Below are positions 61,016 to 64,000 of a stretch of DNA of 64,000 nucleotides, one piece after another. This DNA is from Nitrososphaeria archaeon. Its GTDB lineage: Archaea; Thermoproteota; Nitrososphaeria; Geothermarchaeales; JDFR-13. Under the pieces are notes generated by a model, which saw only the letters and a program-made list of their open reading frames with translations, was not told the origin of the DNA and made no database searches. Position 1 is the first letter of the stretch. The number at the start of each line of letters is the position of its first letter. The stretch spans positions 1 to 64,000 of the forward strand of contig JALWXN010000001.1 in NCBI GenBank assembly GCA_027078545.1, written 5' to 3'. The translations under genes and the position numbers were made by a program.

Positions 61016-62140
61016 GTGGCCTGCTTGGATAGGGGGGAGTTTCTCCAGGGCTTGGCATCCTTCTCCGCCTCCCTCCTCAACATCGTCTCCGGCCTCCTAC
61101 TCTACATATACAGCCCCGGGCTGGACCAGGGGCTGGTCATCATCCTTCCTATGATGCTCAGCTTCCGTGGAGCCTTGACAGGGATCTTTAGCGGGGGGTA
61201 TTCCTCGGGCCTCCACCTAGGTAGTATGTATCCCGGTCTCAGGCGTAACACACCAGTATTTTATGGCCACCTCATGGCGGTCATGATCGATAGCTATATA
61301 GTCGTCCTACTATCCACGGTGGCGGGCTCAGCTGCTGAGTATATACTCACGGGGTCTACAGACCCGGCTAGGATCTTCTTGATAACGAGCTACGTCGTGA
61401 TCCTTAGCATGGCTTTGACACTCCCCTTCAACGTGGTTCTTGGGGCGGTGATCTTTAGGAGGGGTTGGAACCCTGATATCATGCTCTACCCAGTGGCTAG
61501 CAACTTCTCCGACATCGTGACCAGCCTCCTACTAGTCTCTGTGACCCTGATGCCTCCGACCACTCTCTGGCTCCTCTCCAGCCTATCCCTACTGCTCTAC
61601 ACCCTCCTGGCTATTAGGCTGTACTCCTATTCCGATACAGGGGTTGTTAGGAGGGGTGTGGCGGAGTCCCTCCTCTCCCTCCTCATGGTGGCCCTCTCCT
61701 CTGGCTTGGGCGGGTTTATGCTTGGGGGGTTCTGGGAGGCGCTAATGGATAGGCCATATATCTACATGGTCGTCCCAGCCATCCTAAGCCTCGTCGGGAG
61801 CTTCGCCGCCGCCCTCGCCTCGAGGGCGACCACCCTGCTACACCTAGGGGAGTATATAGGTTCCCTAGGCGTGGTCTCTAGGCTTGTCGCCCCACTATTA
61901 ACATCCGCAGCGGTAGTGGCTGGGCTCAGCGTCTCACCTGTCCTTCTTGTGGCCCATCCCCTGGAGCCTCTACGCCTCCTCCTCTCATCGATCATAGCGA
62001 TGACCCTGCTTGGAGTCTTCTCCCTAGTCCTGTCGATAGCTGTCTTTATGCGTGGCCTCGATCCCGACAACCTGGTTATCCCTGTGGTCACCTCACTATC
62101 CGACCTGGCGGCTATTGCCACTCTTATCCTCGTCTCCTAA
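61016..62140 (+). CDS. MgtE-like divalent cation transporter (duplicated membrane domain)
   Basis: SSGLHLG/TTLLHLG, GWNPD/GLDPDN, SD motifs. Confidence 0.8.
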   Translation: MACLDRGEFLQGLASFSASLLNIVSGLLLYIYSPGLDQGLVIILPMMLSFRGALTGIFSGGYSSGLHLGSMYPGLRRNTPVFYGHLMAVMIDSYIVVLLSTVAGSAAEYILTGSTDPARIFLITSYVVILSMALTLPFNVVLGAVIFRRGWNPDIMLYPVASNFSDIVTSLLLVSVTLMPPTTLWLLSSLSLLLYTLLAIRLYSYSDTGVVRRGVAESLLSLLMVALSSGLGGFMLGGFWEALMDRPYIYMVVPAILSLVGSFAAALASRATTLLHLGEYIGSLGVVSRLVAPLLTSAAVVAGLSVSPVLLVAHPLEPLRLLLSSIIAMTLLGVFSLVLSIAVFMRGLDPDNLVIPVVTSLSDLAAIATLILVS

Positions 62141-62180
62141 CCCCTCCTCAATGCTTTTAAGCCCTGTCCATATAATATAT

Positions 62181-63173
62181 ATGGAAATGTCCCAGAGCAG
62201 CGTGATAAAGATCCCGGAGAGGATTGTTAACCAGCTGTTGAAGGCCCATTATGGTGTGTATAACCACTCGACGGTGGAGGTATGCCACTGGACTAAGAAG
62301 AGTGTTAAGAATGAGGGTGTATGCTACAAGAGGGTCTTCTACGGTATAGATAGCCATAGATGTATAGAGTTCAGCCCAGCCGGGATGATGTGTACAATGA
62401 AGTGTATATTCTGCTGGAGGCCCATGGAGTTTATGAAGAAGGTTGATATGGGGTTTGACGAGGTCGACGACCCCATATCCATAATGGATGGGTTGATGCG
62501 GGAGAGGAGTAGGCTGATGAGTGGCTATCCCGGCATGCCGGGGGTGGACTTCAGGAAGTTGGAGGAGTCTAGGGAGCCTACGCACTATGCTATCTCGCTC
62601 TCGGGTGAGCCCACCCTCTACCCCCGCCTACCCGAGCTTATAAAGTATCTGAAGAGCCTCCCATCAACAAGGTCTATCTACATAGTCTCCAACGGTCTCC
62701 AGCCAGACATGATTAAGAGGATGATGGATGAGGATGCACTGCCTACACAGCTATACATCTCGATGTCGGCCCCTAATGAGGAGGTTATGAGGAGGGTGGA
62801 TAAGCCGCTCTACCCAGATGCCTGGAAGAGGTATATGAGGACGTTGGAGCTTCTGAGCGAGGCTGATACGAGGACTGTTATCAGGATGACTATGATTAAG
62901 GATGTGAATGCCCTAGACGAGTATGTCCCCGAGTATGTGGAGCTCCTAGAGATAGCTAATCCACACTTCATAGAGGTTAAGAGCTATATGCATCTGGGCT
63001 ACTCGACTAAGAGGCTTAGGAAGTCGAACATGATGAGTATTGAGGAGATACGTAGATATGCGAGGAAGATTCTTAGGAAGCTCGACGGCTTCAGATACAT
63101 GGATGACTATCCACCCTCGAGGATAGCCGTCCTACAGAACATGGTTAGATATGTGGATCGCTGGATACCCTGA
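62181..63173 (+). CDS. taw1: 4-demethylwyosine synthase Taw1 (TYW1)
   Basis: CHWTK, CYK..YGI.SHRC, CTMKCIFCWR, SLSGEPT, EVKSYM. Confidence 0.95.
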   Translation: MEMSQSSVIKIPERIVNQLLKAHYGVYNHSTVEVCHWTKKSVKNEGVCYKRVFYGIDSHRCIEFSPAGMMCTMKCIFCWRPMEFMKKVDMGFDEVDDPISIMDGLMRERSRLMSGYPGMPGVDFRKLEESREPTHYAISLSGEPTLYPRLPELIKYLKSLPSTRSIYIVSNGLQPDMIKRMMDEDALPTQLYISMSAPNEEVMRRVDKPLYPDAWKRYMRTLELLSEADTRTVIRMTMIKDVNALDEYVPEYVELLEIANPHFIEVKSYMHLGYSTKRLRKSNMMSIEEIRRYARKILRKLDGFRYMDDYPPSRIAVLQNMVRYVDRWIP

Positions 63174-63223
63174 CAAGGAAAAACTAAATATATTTCATGG
63201 GTCATGAATTATCCACGGTGTAG

Positions 63224-64000
63224 ATGTCCTGGGACGTGGATGAGTTTAGGAGGGGGATCCAGTTCCTCGAGAACCGGTTTAGAACCTCATTGGAGAGGGT
63301 GGAGGGCCGGGTAGATACATCACGACTCACCAGGAAGTTGGATGAAGAGGCTGCGAAGGACTATCTATATAGGCTGTGGGGCGAGGGCGAGTATACAGCG
63401 ATAGGTATAGACGGTAGTATGGATCACTCGGTGGCGCTGGACATCATAACGATGTTTATAGCAGTCGCCACTGCGGAGGCCAGGTTCACTGTTAGCCGTG
63501 ACGGTATAGGGGTAAGCCTCGACGAGTCGGACATCTCTGCTAGGGAGAGTATCTATAAGGTTGTGCCCTACTCGTTGGAGGATTCTGTGGAGGCCAGTGG
63601 CTTCGGCTCAGCCCTGGAGGAGAGGTCTGTAAAGGGGACTATAGAGAGCATCCCCAACGCTGTTATGACTCTGGGTGAGTTCTACATAGCTAGGAAGTCG
63701 CTGGAGAGGGAGGATGTTAAGATCGTCTTCCTAGACAGGCCCATAGCCAGCACCTATGGTCCATACTCCAGGAATCTGAGGGAGCGTCTGGATAGGGATT
63801 GGGACTGGGTATTCATAGACGAGGATGTTATGGGTGGAGAGGCTATCCAGCCGATCGATATCTACCTCACGCTACACATAGGTCCTAGGCCGGGATTCCT
63901 TGGGCTCCAGTATATACCCGGCCAGAAGCTGGCCTATGTAGTCGACCGTATGCTGAGCCTGGCGGATGAGGATGGCATGGTTGATCTTAGGGAGCTTGGG
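63224..64000 (+). CDS. NurA-family nuclease (partial, runs off the window)
   Basis: Hand-translated open frame MSWDVDEF...AIGIDGSM...LGEFYIA...VFLDRP. Confidence 0.7.
   Translation, partial: MSWDVDEFRRGIQFLENRFRTSLERVEGRVDTSRLTRKLDEEAAKDYLYRLWGEGEYTAIGIDGSMDHSVALDIITMFIAVATAEARFTVSRDGIGVSLDESDISARESIYKVVPYSLEDSVEASGFGSALEERSVKGTIESIPNAVMTLGEFYIARKSLEREDVKIVFLDRPIASTYGPYSRNLRERLDRDWDWVFIDEDVMGGEAIQPIDIYLTLHIGPRPGFLGLQYIPGQKLAYVVDRMLSLADEDGMVDLRELG

Overview
Gene-dense core-genome region of a thermophilic archaeon, probably TACK lineage (rpS25e, Alba, Rpo6/Rpo12, TBP, aIF-1A/aIF-2beta, Cdc48, Taw1, split IPCT/DIPPS). It holds about 70 CDS, a tRNA-Leu(TAG) and a box C/D guide sRNA; no mobile element or CRISPR array was seen. 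Three CDS missing from the ORF track were found by reading: Rpo12 (57 aa), a 28-30 aa orphan peptide with its own promoter, RBS and terminator, and a NurA-like gene cut by the window end. The best candidate for an undescribed system is the overlapping four-gene operon at 12.6-15.6 kb: a degenerate HerA/FtsK-like protein with a winged helix, a RadA/Rad51 paralog with a large insertion, a small membrane protein and an orphan, preceded by a perfect 20-bp palindrome. Other notable points: intact ORFs that have lost catalytic motifs (a Cys-free thiolase in the HMG-CoA synthase operon, a NadE-like and a WecB-like protein), a C/D sRNA predicted to methylate tRNA-Glu U34, and a 47-bp identical repeat between the two Cdc48 ATPase domains. 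All family calls come from motif recognition by eye, not from database searches.
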